Source: Takakia lepidozioides
Taxonomy: Eukaryota > Plantae > Bryophyta
Length of the DNA stretch: 64,000 bases
Direction of reading: 5' to 3'
Assembly: GCA_030704615.1 (NCBI GenBank)
Contig: CM060731.1
Span: forward strand, 54,436,001 to 54,500,000
Of this stretch, positions 26,660-40,500 are shown one piece after another. The position numbers and the translations under genes were made by a program. Positions within the stretch are counted from its first letter, which is position 1. Each line of letters begins with the position of its first letter. The notes below the pieces were generated by a model that saw only the letters and a program-made list of their open reading frames with translations, had not been told where the DNA came from and made no database searches.

Positions 26660-29600
26660 TCAGCTGGGCTCACTATCTGTATCCAAATAATCTTCCCCTT
26701 CACTACCCACATCTGCAATTTGCCTTGTAGTAATTACCAACCCTGGAATGTCTTCCTCATTAAAGGTAACTGCTCCTTCCAAAGAGACTGGTTCGGCCGT
26801 ATCTGGTAGATTTTGTGGTTCCCTCAGACCCTCGTGGTCGGCATTCTCCCCTAGGTCCAGATCATGGATGTCGGCCACGACTCGTTTGGCCCGGGGGTCC
26901 TTGTGAAGAACCACCTTCCATCCCGGCGCATGGATGTCATCTGAAAAGAAAACTTGCTCAACTTGCGATGGGAAGATGAATGGCTCTTCATCTTGTGGTA
27001 GCATTTTCCTGAAATCAGCAAGGAAGAACCCGTACTCATCCCGTTTCATGGTGGCATTCTCTCCTACCATATTGGCTTTTACCCAAGAACAACGGAATAG
27101 AATTGGCTTCACAAGACCATAGTCTAGTTTAAGGATCTCTTTGATCACTCCTACATATTGCACATGGCATGAAATTGGATTCCGATCTCGTGCACAGCTC
27201 CTACTCTCTTGTTCAAAAAATGATGCCACTCCGCTGTCATAAGTCACCAGGAGGCTGGTGTTGGCATCGTCCACTCTATAGTGATTGCCATATGCTTTCA
27301 TTGACCGGTACGAAGTGGCAATCAGCCCTGGGGGAATGACAGACTCACCATGCCCTCATCTGGGTCCTGGTTCTCTGATGCGTACACTGCAATTGCAGAT
27401 CTGACCCACATTGTAAAGGGCTGCAACTCCTCCATTGTTGTGGGGTACTCCGCCATGCTTTTGCAAATGCACTCCGTTCCGTTTTCAGGCGAACCTTCTC
27501 CGCTGCGTACTTTCAGGCAGAAACCAAATAGAAGCTGCAACTCAGTCCCCCTGACCAACACCGTGTTGTACATGCATGCCACATGCAGAGTGTGTGTCTT
27601 TTCAAGCACACTGTAGTGATGCAGCCTACTTCATAATCACTTGCAAGCAACAACCAAGATCTACGAAACACCCTCTGTAGTCGTCTGAAGCACCCGGTTA
27701 GTACACGATCCCACTCCCATAGTGGCCGGAATGACTTGTGACAATATATATGTAATTCCAGCATACAAAGACCATTAAGAATAGCACAGGAGGGATGTAA
27801 GTTGGCACCCACTGTCTCCATGGTGTCATGGTTGTTGTGTTGTTCAGCACATAATCATGTGCCACATCCCGAAGGCGCGGGCTCATGGCACGTTTTGTTC
27901 CACCACCTTCTAGGACCTCGCCTACAACTCCTTCTTCCTCGTTCTCGTCCCACACCCGTCGTTGTATTGCATCAAATGAAGACATATACTCTGTCATGAA
28001 GCCCAGGGCTTCGTCGCGGATGTAGCCCTCCGCCATACTCCCCTCTGGCCGTGCCATGTTGCGTACATACCCCTTCAGATCCTTCATGTACCTCTCCATG
28101 GGGTACATCCACCGGCTGGCTACGGGCCCACACACATGCAACTCCTCTACAAGATGCACTAGCAAGTGCGTCATGACGTCAAAGAATGATGGAGGGAATT
28201 CTTTCTCCAGCAAACATAGGGTCATAGCCACATCCTCATGCAACGATGTAATGTCCCTCGGATCCCACACCTTCGCACAAATCTTCCTAAACACTCGACT
28301 TACACGCATTATGGCTGTTCGAGGACCTGGCGCCATCGTACCCCAAATGCACACTGGCAAAATCTGTTGCATCATCACGTGTAGATCATGTGACTTCATC
28401 CCCGACCATTTCTTGTTTATGGCATGCCTTTGGAAAGCACCCGAGAATCCGGTTGGCACTTTCATGGCTCCCAATGTCTTCAAAAAATCCTCTTGCTCTG
28501 ATTTTGTCAGGACGTATGATGCTGCTGGCATGAGCACTTTGCCTGGTCTATTTGGATCAGGCCTTAGCCACAGATGTGACCGTATCCCTTCAATCTCCAT
28601 GTCCTTTCGTACGTTTATCGTATCATTCTCCCCAAAGATAGTCTTCAGAATGTTCTCGCAGAAGTTCTTCTCACAATGCATGGGGTCCAGGAGGTACCGC
28701 TGCAAGTGGTTCTACAATGCCAAATGTCCTCCCATGACACCAAGTTCTATGGGCAAAAAAAGTAGAATATGTGGCAGAAGTTGTCCATGTTACTACATTC
28801 TGCTTTCAACAACTCCACGATCCTCTCCACAGTGAGGTGTACGACTTCAACATCTACTGCATAGTAGTTATACTGACTTAGGAGTTGGTGGAAGGACTCC
28901 TGACAGTAAAGGTAATTCCAGGAAGCACAATGTGAAAGAAAGTGAGTGAATGGGGGGGGGGGGGGGGGGGATTCATGCACCTTCCAGTATGGCAAATCCC
29001 AAAGGATTGTCCGGCGCTTCACCCCGTGCTCCATGGCTGGATCCGCACTACTTCCGTCTCTCCCTCCAATCTCCATGAACGCCTCTTTCTCGTTTGCAAA
29101 TTGCAATGTCTCCTCCGGTGTCACGGCATTTGGTGTCATTCTCTTTTCAACACATCCATTGAAGTGCCTCCTGCTCGTCGGTAGGGGTGGTTTCTTGCAA
29201 GGTAACGTCGATGCCCCATGTATATTGTCTTCCCTAGTGGCTTTGAGTGTCGTGAATCCACATAGGGCCACAAATGGGGCACCCTTTGTAGCCCTTCGTC
29301 TTGCAACCCGCAACAAGGCCATATGCGGGGAAATCGTGGATTGACCACATGAGTATGGCACGGAGGGTGAAACTCCGTTGCCCTACTGGTTTCAAAATGT
29401 CGTAAGCTTCAACTCCAATCCATAGTTCATGTAGCTCTTCAATCAATGGTTGCAAATACACATCTATGTTTGCATTTGTCACGGACTCCTTGCCTGGAAT
29501 CAAGAGAGACAACATGACAAAGAATTTCTTTGTTGTCAACCATGGTGGCAGGTTGTATGCCACCAACTGCATGGGCCATGTGGACCATGTGCAACTCTTT

Positions 29601-30709
29601 GATCCGTATGGGTTTACTCCATCCGTAGATACAGCCAATCGCACATTGCGTGGGTCCTCGGCAAAATCGGGCCAAGTTGCATCTATATGCTTCCATGCAA
29701 GGGAATCTGGGACATGCCTTACCAAACCATCGTTTAAGGCATTCCTAGAATGCCAAGTCATGAGCTCGCTAATGGTCTTGCATTTGTACATTCGTAATAG
29801 ACGGGGGATAAGGGGAAAGTGCCTCAACACCTTGGCTGGCTGTTGTAACCTGCCCACATCATGGTATCGGGCTGCACCGCATTTGGGGCACTCCATAGCA
29901 TCCTTGTACTCTCTTCCGAAAAGTACATGTCCTTTTGGACATGCATGTATTTTCATGTAGTTGAGGCCGAGCTTCCCAATCATTTGGTTGGCCATGTGAC
30001 AGCTTTTTGGCATTTCATTTGGTTGTGGAAGCAAGTTCAACCGAAGCAAAGAGAAGAACTCGTCCACAAAATGGTCTGAGACACCGTGGGTTGTGCACAG
30101 GTTCATCAACAGCATGGTGGCAGCAAGCTTTGTGGATTTGCATCCCTCGTACAGTGGCACACATGCTTCTTCTAGTGTCATGTATGCAGAATTCTCATCT
30201 CCATCTCCACCTCCTTCCACGCCTTCCCCCACATGAATGCCTTCATTTCCTGCGTCATCACCATCCCCAGTTGTCGCAGCGCCGTCCCCCTCTTCAGCAT
30301 CGTCCATGATGTGGAATGCTTCCTGCAACATTCGAGTAATCTCCACCCCTCCGTCCATGCCTGGTTCATGTCATGCGCCCATGACATAGTCCTCGTCTGG
30401 CCTATCTGTATGGCTCCCTCGGGGGTGTGCATTGTCCAATTGTGCCCACTCCTCATCGTCTTTGTCTGCAGGTCCATCTCCAATCCACACCCAAAATGCT
30501 TCATGTCTTTTGTGGTGAAGGAGATGTGTGCGCACACCGTCCTCAGATCTACTTGTAGTGCCCAAACAAGGTTCACATGGGCATGGCATCCTTGAAAGCC
30601 CAAGGGCTCGGGCACGTGCCACTTCTCTTTCCCACAACCTGTCATCTCGGGTGTTCTGTCTACAGGGGTGATTAATTGGAAGTCCTCCGCATGGGCGAGG
30701 GGAACTCAT
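26660..30709 (-). pseudogene. CACTA TnpD-type transposase (Transpos_assoc, Transposase_21, DUF4218, DUF4216), disrupted
   Basis: CPCEPC..VRTHLL; KIHACPKGHVLF..CPKCG; LRHFPLIPRL; RNVRLAVSTDGVNPYG; YNLPPW; IDVYLQPLIEEL; SIHDFPAYG..GYKGCPIC; LDPMHCEKN; GMKSHDLH; FFDVMTHLLVHL..GPV..RWMYPMERYM; EPFIFPSQVEQVFFSDD..GWKVVL. In-frame TGA at 30371-30373, frameshifts near 29260 and 29170, introns near 28700-28980 and 27510-27811. Confidence 0.92.
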
Positions 30710-32769
30710 TTTTGTTGGGGAGCCTCTTCAATGCTGTTTGTGCACGCCATTGCAGGGGGCCGGATTCTCCTTTGCAGAGATTCCTCAATTTGGCTCTGCC
30801 ACTCCCATTTCACTACCGTCAATTCCCTCCTCCTGCAATCTCAATTTGAAAGGTTCAGCCGCACATCCTTTGGCAGAGAAGACAGTTGACATTTTATACC
30901 AACCGGTAGATTCCACAACATGATGAAAAGTTACACTCAACAGCAAACCATTTAAAAGCCATCACGATGCTTCCCATCATAACTAGAATCTTTTCAACAA
31001 GACACTGAGAGAAATGACCAAAATCGACTCAAACAACGACATCCTGGAAAACCACCTGTCTCTACAGTTCGTGTGTGTGTGAGGAATCGGAGGACGTACA
31101 TGGAATTTCAATTTTCACGATTGAGGACGTTGTGATCTTGGGCATATGGTTGAATGTGTATGAAATGTGTGCATTGAAGTGTGAACAACCCGACTACAAG
31201 GCCAGAACCTGCGCCACTTGTCTTAGGCCATCTCCAAATCACGTTTCGACGGACAATCCCGTTCCGTTGCCGTGAAATTGCACCGTGGTGCGAAGGGAGT
31301 CCATTTGTGTGGCTCTATCACCATGGCGGGAAGGGGAGCATGTTAAAAATGGAGCATCGCCCTGCCACTTCACTCATTTACTGTTTGCAGCTTCTTCCAC
31401 CATCTTTCTTACTTAATTCTGATTCTTGCAATGCTGCCCTTGAGACGGCAACTGCAAGTGACCGGATCCTTTGATCGTCGCATTCAGAGACACTTACGTG
31501 TAGCAGATCGCAGACCCCCAAATGCCTGGAGAGAAAGCCAGACGGCAATCAATGCATGCACGGTTGTTTTGCACTGGTTGGGACGGAGTGGGGTGCAGAG
31601 GAGGCGTGTTGTGCCCGAGTTCGCATACCTAGCATCCTACAGCCGGCGGCTTTTGCACGTTGGGCAGCAGTACCTTCTGCTGTATGATTACCATTTGTGG
31701 TACAGACTCACCGGCCTCCCCTGTCCACTTGGGTCTTGGGACAACGACTTATGGAGTATGTAGACAGAGTTGCATGTCGCGCAGGTACACCAAAATCTCC
31801 CATGTAACATAAACCCATTTCTCACTCATGCTTGCATGTGATCCACGGGGTAATTTCCATGTTCTCCCAGCTGATGTGGGTTCGCAAATTCTCGGTGTGT
31901 AGGTGTATGTGTGAGGACCTCAACCTGGCATGGTGCGATGGGTGTCGAATGGACCCTTCTCTGCGATGGGAGAACCACTACAGTTGAGTTTGTTTTTGCT
32001 GAATCATTTGGCAGAGCACTGTGTTCACTTCTCATACATCATGTGCATTTTCTCCAAGAATGCATGTAAAGCGGAGCCATACACGGCATCATTGCAGTGT
32101 GTTTCCTTCGCCTAATTTTGAACGAAATAAAGTTAACGGATCCATGTCAGTTGTGTGAATCACTACATCTAGTTGTCTGGAGGATTGTAAGTGGTTTAGG
32201 GTTTAACGTCTCAAAGTCGAAAAGGCCATAGTGTCGGATGCACGACACGTGTTCATATTTGAAATCAACAACGGCCAGATCTTCACTACAGATCGGGGGG
32301 GTGTGTGATCACACTCCCCTCCTTGTCCTTCTTTCCTCCTTTGCATGTCTTGGTCTTCCTCGCTCGTCTTTGTCTTGGTCATGGTCTATGTCCTCGCTCG
32401 TCTTCATCTTTGTCATGGTCTATGTCCACGCCTAGTAAGAAGCGCTCGACCGCCGAGGCAGCATCACCTCCTCCCACTTCTGCACATTCCAGCCCCGCGG
32501 TGCGAAGGAGCCCCCGCCTGGCTCGACTGAATCCGGTACAGATGGCGTCGGTGCGAGAGGGAAGACAGAGCGGTGGGCGGTCTTCGAGTTCGGATTTTGA
32601 CACAAGCGAGTATAGCATGGGCGACGACAATGAGGTGGAGGACAATTCGGCGGAAATTGCACCTCCATCTGCAGAGTCTCTCCAAAAGGTGCGCAAACGG
32701 CACAAAACCGCCGCGCATGAGGTGAGTTCTACCCCTACTTGTGTTCATGTTTTCTGGGCGTTGAGTTCT

Positions 32770-33822
32770 CCTGAAACTGAAACTGGGATGCACATATCCA
32801 CAAAGTTGTTCAAACGGATCTTGTAGTATACATGGCAGTAGAAGAAGAAGTGTTCTTCAGTTTCAATTTCCTTGTTGCGCCCTATGCAAGCTGGACATAG
32901 ACGGTCCTCCCGTTGCAGGTTTTCCCATCTGCCAGTCTCTATCCGTAGGTTGTGGGAACCCACCCTGAACCGCCCCAATGCCCTCAAGAGGGAAGGAGGT
33001 AAGGGTGTTGAAAGGTAATTTGGTCTGAAGATTCTATCATCGCGGAGCACCAAGAATGTCTCTCGATAGAAGTGGAGCTTTGTTGTGAGATTGGGTAGCA
33101 TCCAAGTTCTCTTGACATGTAATTCCATAAGCTCTCTCCGAATGAGTCTGTTGCGGTCATGTCCACCTCATCTGGGTTCATTGGTAATAGGAAAGCAGTA
33201 GAAAGTCCGTTACGTTGAAATAAACTGTCCACTCGAGCATACCAGGAGTTCCCGAAACCTGCAGCTTTGAGCCTCATAGATGTTGTGAGGGCCCTTGCCA
33301 CTAGCCCTTTGGGTGGAAGGGCCTGCAATCTATGGAGAAAGATTGTAAGCCTGAACTGTGCCTCGGATTGCAATGGTACACATGCGAACTCTGCACCTAG
33401 GATCTGAGATGGAGTTGTGCTCCTGGTGCCAAGCATTGCTTGGAGAAAAGATGACTGTAATGGTTCCAAATTCTTTTCCCACTAGGAGACAGGTACACCA
33501 GGTTCCCAGAACTCACAACCATTGATGGTAGCAGGGCTGACGACGGTGTCAAACAACCACTTTTTGGTCGGGGGATGCCGCAAAGTGAAACTTGGGGGAG
33601 TGGATAACCAGACCTAGGTACCGGTATGATTTGACAATCTCAATTTCCTACTGGTTGAAGATGAATCTACGATCAGCCTGGCCATTGAAGACCATGATCT
33701 TGGTCTTGCTAAGATTGACTTGCATCCCATAGTCTTTGCAGAACTGTTCCAAAATTTTGAGATGGCGTTGCAGAAAGACCGGGGATTGTGCCAAAAGGGC
33801 AACATCATCAGCGTAGAGGAGA
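32770..33822 (-). mobile_element. 5'-truncated RTE/RTEX-like LINE in the first intron of the TnpA-like gene
   Basis: LLYADDVALLA..FCKDYGMQVNLSKTKIMVF..YRYLG (RT domains 5-7); C-terminal FRVGSHNLRIETGRW..RLCPAC..ETEEHFFFYCHVY (CCHC); short (CAGTTT)n-type tail at ~32771-32786. No TSD was found. Confidence 0.85.
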
Positions 33823-34500
33823 TCTGATTGGGCAGAAAATAAAGTTAGGCAGAAAACATCCCTGAACATGTTTTCAATTTGTGACATGGGGGAGGACATC
33901 GTGGAAAAACCTTCAGGTCTACCACTGTGTGCAGAGGGACTAATTTTTAGGTCAAGGAAATGTTGCTTTGTCACGTCATTGCACCTGCGTTGGAGTACGC
34001 ATTTGCTATATGCGTTGATAACTCCAACAAGGCTAGGTCTGCAATATCCTTTCAATTGAATTGTGTCTGCACCTGTGTTTACCAACATTGAGAGTCTTTA
34101 GGCCTTTTGGGGCTCCGTTGCTAGGCTCCGCCATACAGCCATTTGTTGATTGTGTGAATAGATGTCCACTGGATATGTGCAAAACCCGGATGGATGTTCT
34201 GTTTCCTGGTAAGTTTCATGTGGTACTGATGTGAACCCGCCCACATTCTGTTTCTTCACCAATGAATGGGCTTACATATTATGAGGACATTCTGTCCCTC
34301 TCCTTTTCAGTTTTTGGCACTTGCGCTGCAGGGGAGTGGGTTTGAGGACAGCCAATCCATAGTTGTGGTTGTGGGATGGTTTGTGCTTTGGTGACATTGT
34401 GTTCAGTAGGACTACAGTTGATGCACCTTGTGTGTGGGATGTTTTTGGCAGCGGAAGGGGAGTGAAGCTGCAGCAAAGCACTCACAGCCACCACACAATG

Positions 34501-37500
34501 TGTCGCGGCCCTTTGCCTTGAGGGCAGGGAGGTTGGGACACAAGAGGGGCTGCCCCTGTGGTGGGGGCAGTAGCAGCGATAGGTACGAGGGCTGAAGCAC
34601 CCTTGAGTGCCCAAGGCACTCAAGGAGGCGGAGGCGCTCACTAGGTGGAGCCCCGCACACCGGGTTGCGGTGGGGGTGGCTCCACAAGGGGTGGTGGTAG
34701 CTTAGCGGGACTTAGTGGGGGTGGCATAGGACTCACCATGGGGTGGAGACCTCGAGGTGGGAGTCGTGGGGAGTCTTGGGACTCATCACGGTCCATTGGG
34801 GCCGCGGTGAGAGGGCCAAGACTCACCACGACTCACCACCGGGAATCGAGGGTCTTCGTGGTGGTTCGCCATAAAATGGCATGGCTGGTTGTGAAACCCC
34901 CGCGGACAGCTACAGAAGTATATATAGGGAGTAGTAACCCTGAGAACGGTGCAAGCCCGTTGGTGACCAAAAACTAGTGAGTAAGCGATCGAGCTGGAAA
35001 GCGACCAAAGAGTGGGGAGCTGTTCCGGACTGCCATCTATCAAAGGGAATTCTCCTAGTCCCAATTAGGTGGAGGGTTCAGTGGGAAGCGAAGGGGGGGA
35101 CCGTTATGTCCCGGTGAGCAGCCGAAGCTCCAAGTTGGCCCGGGCGGCCAGGTTGGGAGTCAGGCGCGCGCATCAAAGCGAGTAACTATGACTTGAAGGG
35201 GAGCTTACCGAAGTGAGGTGCGTGACACTTGGTATCAGAGCTTAGAGTTCAGTACGCGATCGTCCTTGGGATTGGCCTCATCATGGGGTCGGGCAAGCCG
35301 AAGCGAAAGCGGAACGGCCCAAAAGATGATGATCCCGGTGAGCCCGATGGGGGCGGCGTGTCACCGAGGCGGCCGTTTGAGGAAGCGATGCATGTTTCCG
35401 AAAACGAGGCCGCCCAAGAGCGGGAGGAATCCGAGGAGTCGGAGCCCGAGGAATCCTTGAGAGCTCCGACAGACCAAGAGATCCCTCCCATGCCGGCAGC
35501 CTTTTGGGAAGGGTTGTTGGCGCAGTTTGGCGGGACGTTGAAAGACGTGTTAAAGGCGGCTAATGCCACTTCCGCTAAGGCAAAGTTTAAGGTGAAGCCT
35601 AAGGAACCCGGCACCTTCGAGGGCGTCCGAAATCGGAAGGCACTCAACACCTGGCTCTTGGAGCTAGAGCAGTACTTTCGGGCGGCCAAGTTGAGTGACG
35701 AGGATCGGGTGGAAGTGGCTCCCACCTATTTGAGGGGCTATGCTCAACAATGGTGGCAGAAACGCCTTCACGACCGAGGCCCAAGCCCGGAAACCTTGAA
35801 CTGGAGTGGGTTCAAGGAATTGATGAAGAGACAGTTTGTGCCCCTCAACGCGCCCTGGCTTGCCCGGGACAAGATGAGGAATTTGAAGCAAACAGATGAC
35901 ATTCGGGGGTATGTCCAGGCTTTCAATGTGTTGTTGCTCGAAGTCGCGGACATGGCAGAACCAGAAATGGTCTTCAACTTTGTGGCGAGGCTGGCCCCAT
36001 GGGCAAGGCGGAAGTTGGAGGAGAAGCCACCCAAGACTTTGAACGAGGCAATTGAGAGGGCTGAATGTTTCTCGGATGTCCCTAGGGGTGAAAGACAAGG
36101 TCGTACGGAGCTGAACCACAAGAAGATTCGGCGGGAAGGTGACTCCTTCCGACCGGAAAAGAAGTGGGATAGGCCGCGCGGCGAAAATGGCACGTGGAAA
36201 TTGAAGGGAGGGCCTTCACGCGTCAAGGCGGCACCCGGTGCTTCGAAAGGAAAAGCGGGTGGAGCGGCTTATGGCGGACAGAAGGCGACCTTTGATGGAG
36301 TGTGTTTCAATTGCGGGGAGCCCGGGCACATGGCCAAGAAGTGCACGAAGCCCCGGCAATTGAACATGACTCGGGCGACCACGGAGCTGTCGGAAGATAC
36401 CATTAGTCGCTTGGTGGAAGCGGTGGTCGCCAGGACTTGCAAGGTAGGCAAATTTTCTTGTGAGTTGTATCAGGAAACTGGCGCCTTACGAAAAGGGAGT
36501 CAGTTATTGTTCGTGGATGGGATAATATCCGGAACTAATGTGTCGTTGTTGGTGGACACAGGAGCGTCGCACTCCTTCATGACACCGGCAACGGCACAAA
36601 AGCTGGGACTCCCGACAAGTGACGTGGGGGCCTCTATTGAGGTGCGTTCTGCCAAAGGAGAACCACAGTTGGCGACAAGGTTGGCGATTGATGTTCCTCT
36701 TCAACTGGGGAGTTGGGAGGGACGTGAAAACTTCACCATCTGCGAGATCGATGGAGTAGATCTCATTTTGGGGATGACCTTTTTGAGCAAATCCGGAGCG
36801 GTCATAGATGGCCGCAAGAGAGTAGTCACGCTGCCATGTGGGAATGGTGGCGAGGTTTTACGAGTGTCTGAAACGCCCAAATCCGTGGGAGGGCGAATAA
36901 ACCTTCTGTCAGCAAAGGAGTGGGCCGTGGAGCAGGCACACGAGCCCCAATTTGTGCTTTACATTACAGAAGTGAAAGGAGAAGGCGATGGGGAGCCGAG
37001 CCCAGATTGGATCAAGGGGATTTTGGAGAAATACCAGGATGTGATGCAGGAGGATTTACCAAGCGGCTTGCCACTGCGAAGAGGAGTTGACCACAAGATT
37101 GAGGTGATACCGGGATCGGAACCGCCTGCCAAGGCGCCCTACCGGTTGAGCCACAGAGAGTTGGTCGAGCTGAAGACTCAGCTCAAGGATCTAATGTCAA
37201 AGGGGTACATCCGGCCGAGTAAGTCACCTTACGAAGCCCCGGTGCTATTTGCAGACAAGAAGGATGGGACGCTGCGGATGTGTGTCGATTACAGGGCTCT
37301 GAATAAGGTGACTATCAAAAACCGGTACCCTTTGCCAAGGATCGACAACCTCTTCGATCGGTTGGCAGGAGCGAAGTATTTCAGCCGGATCGAGTTGCGC
37401 TCCGGCTATCACCAAATTCGGGTGGCGGAAGGAGATGAGGAGAAGACCGCGTGCAGGACAAGGTATGGTTCATATGAGTTCTTGGTGATGCCTTTTGGGC

Positions 37501-40500
37501 TCACCAATGCACCAGCGACATTTAGCACGCTGATGAACAGCCTTTTTCAGGAGTGGTTGGATGACTTTGTGATCGTGTACATCGACGACATCTTGGTGTA
37601 CTCGAAAACAAAGGAGGAGCACCTGGAGCACCTCAAAAGGGTGTTCCAAAAATTGCGAGAAGGGAAGCTGTATGCCAAAGCTTCAAAGTGCGAATTCGGG
37701 GTCACGAAAGTGGAGTTCTTGGGGCATGTGATTACACAGGATGGGATCAAAATGGATGACAGAAAGGTGAGGGCGATCTTGGACTGGGAGCCTCCGACTT
37801 CGGTCCCGGGAGTGCGATCCTTCCTAGGACTCGCCTCCTATTACCGGAAGTATGTGAGAAATTTTGCCAAGATTGCGGGGCCGCTGTCAGACCTTCTGTG
37901 TAAATCTAAAGTCTGGGCATATAACACTTTTTGTGGCCAAGCTTTTGCGGAATTGAAACAGCGGATGGCGGAAGTTCCAGTCTTGAAAATCCTGGAGTTC
38001 GATCGTCCATTTGAGATTCATACAGATGCGTCGGACTTCGCGATTGGGGGAGTACTTATGCAAGATGGACGTCCAGTGGCTTACGAAAGTAAGAAACTGA
38101 ATGAAGTGGAGCGACGGTGGCCGACGCACGAAAAGAGATGAAGGCGGTGGTGCATTGCCTTGAGCTTTGGCGCCACTATGTTGGTTCCAACCCAGTGAAG
38201 GTGTTCACGGACAATGTCACGGTGAAGTATTTTGCCACGTAGCCCAAGTTGTCCCCAAAACAACTTAGGTGGCAAGATACTTTGGCGGTGTTCGACGTGG
38301 ATATCCAGTACAAACCGGGACGGGACAATGTGGTGGCCGATGCTTTAAGTAGAAAGCAGCAGCTCTTGTTGGTGTACAAGGGCGAGACGACGCTCCAAAG
38401 GAAGATCCGGAAGGCTTGCCGGAATGATGAGCTGGCAAAGTCCGTGATGCAGGACTTGAGAATGGGGGTTAAATCGCAGTTCCACTTGCAAAATGGGTTG
38501 CTCCGGTATAATCAAAAGCGTCTCTACGTGCCGAAGGGAGGGATCAGAGATAGCCTCTTGAGAGAATGCCATGATAGCCCGCTTGCGGGCCACGGCGGAG
38601 CCAAGCGCACTGCGGCACTCCTGAAGAAAGAGTATTTCTGGCCCAAACTGAGGGAGGAGGCAGAGGAGTATGTCAAGACATGCACCACATGCCAACAAAA
38701 TCGGAGCGAGTACAAAAAGCAAGCGGGGCTATTACAACCCTTGCCGATTCCAGAGGGGACTTGGGAAAGCGTCTCGATGGATTTCATGACTGCTATGCCG
38801 CTGTCAAAAGGATTCGATGCAATCATGGTGGTGGTGGATAGGTTCAGTAAAATGGGCCATTTCATCCCCACCAAGGAGACGGCAACGGCGCAGGAGACAG
38901 GGCGACTTTACTTGCCCACGTCTTAAAACATCATGGAGTCCCGAAGGATATTGTCTCGGATCGCGATCCAAAGTTTACGAGTAAATTTTGGAGGACACTT
39001 TGGAAGAAGATGGGGACGAGGCTGAAGATGAGCACCGCCTTCCGACCTACGACGGACGGCCAAATGGAAAGAGTGAATTCCGTAGTGAAGCAATTCTTGC
39101 GGAATTACGTGTCGGCAGACCAATCAGACTGGATGGAACACTTAGACGCGGCAAAGTTCTGTTATAATAACACAGAACACTCCGCAACGGGAGTTTCCCC
39201 TTTCGTATTGGTCTATGGAAAAGCACCTCTGGTGCCGACAAGTTGGGCCGCCCAGGACGTTGAGGAACCGGCAGTAGCGGCAGTATTGGAAGAACGCGAG
39301 CGTTTGTTGAAGCTCGCAAAGTACAACATTGCCAAAGCTAGGAAACGGTATGAAAGGCAGGCAAATCGGAAGCGGAGGGAAGTGAAGTTTGAGGCAGGCA
39401 CAGAGGTCTGGTTGAACATCAAGAATTTTCGACTACCTCTGGAAGTGAGTCCAAAGTTCGTACCTCCGTATGCGGGACCCTTTCGCATTCGGAAGGTTTT
39501 GAATGAGGATGTGTATAAATTGGAGCTGCCGGCAAACAGCAAGGTGCACCCAGTATTCCATGTCTCCCTTTTGAAGCCTTACTTCAAAGATGAAGCACGT
39601 CCGAATCGGCATCAAGTGTTGCGTCCGCCACCTATGCTATTGGATCATGAAAATGAACCTGAGTACGAGGTGGAGGCAATACTTAAGTCGAGGAGGTTCA
39701 GGAACCGAGAAACGGAGTATCTCGTCAAATGGAAGGGCTATCATCATGTGGAGGCATCTTGGGTGCGTGCCTCAGAAATGGGAAACGCATCCGAGGCAGT
39801 TGCAGCTTTTGAAGGGCGACCTCAAAAGCGGAAGAAGCGTCGATGGGGACATCAACCTTGGAGCGTGGGGGAGGAAATGCATGCTTAGCCCGGCTTAGCT
39901 AGCTCAGGAATCCGATTGCAAAAAACTTGTATTGTACAAAACGTGCTATAAATGAAATGGATTCCAAATGTTGTGCTTCCTATTTTGTTTGGAATGGTGA
40001 TGCATGGAATGGTTGGCTAGTGTGTAGAATGCATGCTAGCTTATAAAAGTGGGAGAGGTAAATTGGGTTAATCGTGTGTTTGCGTAGTGCCGAAATCGGG
40101 TGACCCCCATCCAAGGGACAAGGAAACTTGCGCCTTCTTTGGGAGTTCACGTGCTAGTGCACACCTGGCGCGTGCGCGTACTATAACTGCGCTACCGAGG
40201 GGGTTGCCTTGTAATGCGGGCTAACGCGGAAGCTACGTGCTTCCGTTCACGTACTAAAATCGTGTAGCCTCGGGACGAAGTCGTAGTGCGGCTTCGGCGT
40301 GTTCCCGTACCTCAGGCCAGCATTCCAAGACGGACCCAATTGTAGTGATTGGGGCACACGGTTGATTCAAGGTTATCTTCCTAGTCAAAGAGAGTTCCAG
40401 GGAACCCTTGCTCAAGGTGATGCCAAAAGCGGCATCATGAGCGGTCGCAAGCAATGTTGTTGCAGTAAGGCGATTCGATCCTCAGGGAGGATCGTTCCTT

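Noticed and set aside
28056-30309. Long + strand ORFs (259, 164 aa and others)
   Set aside because: They are antisense shadows of the CACTA transposase.
34501-35227. Hammerhead ribozyme (retrozyme) in the LTRs
   Set aside because: No CUGANGA..GAAA core with flanking stems was seen.
38120-38141. Programmed frameshift between RNase H and integrase
   Set aside because: Copy 2 has the extra base (cacgagaaagagatg) and reads through, so this is a 1-bp deletion in copy 1.
35249-39615. Multiple - strand ORFs in chromovirus copy 1 and equivalents in copy 2
   Set aside because: They are antisense shadows of GC-rich gag-pol with no motifs.
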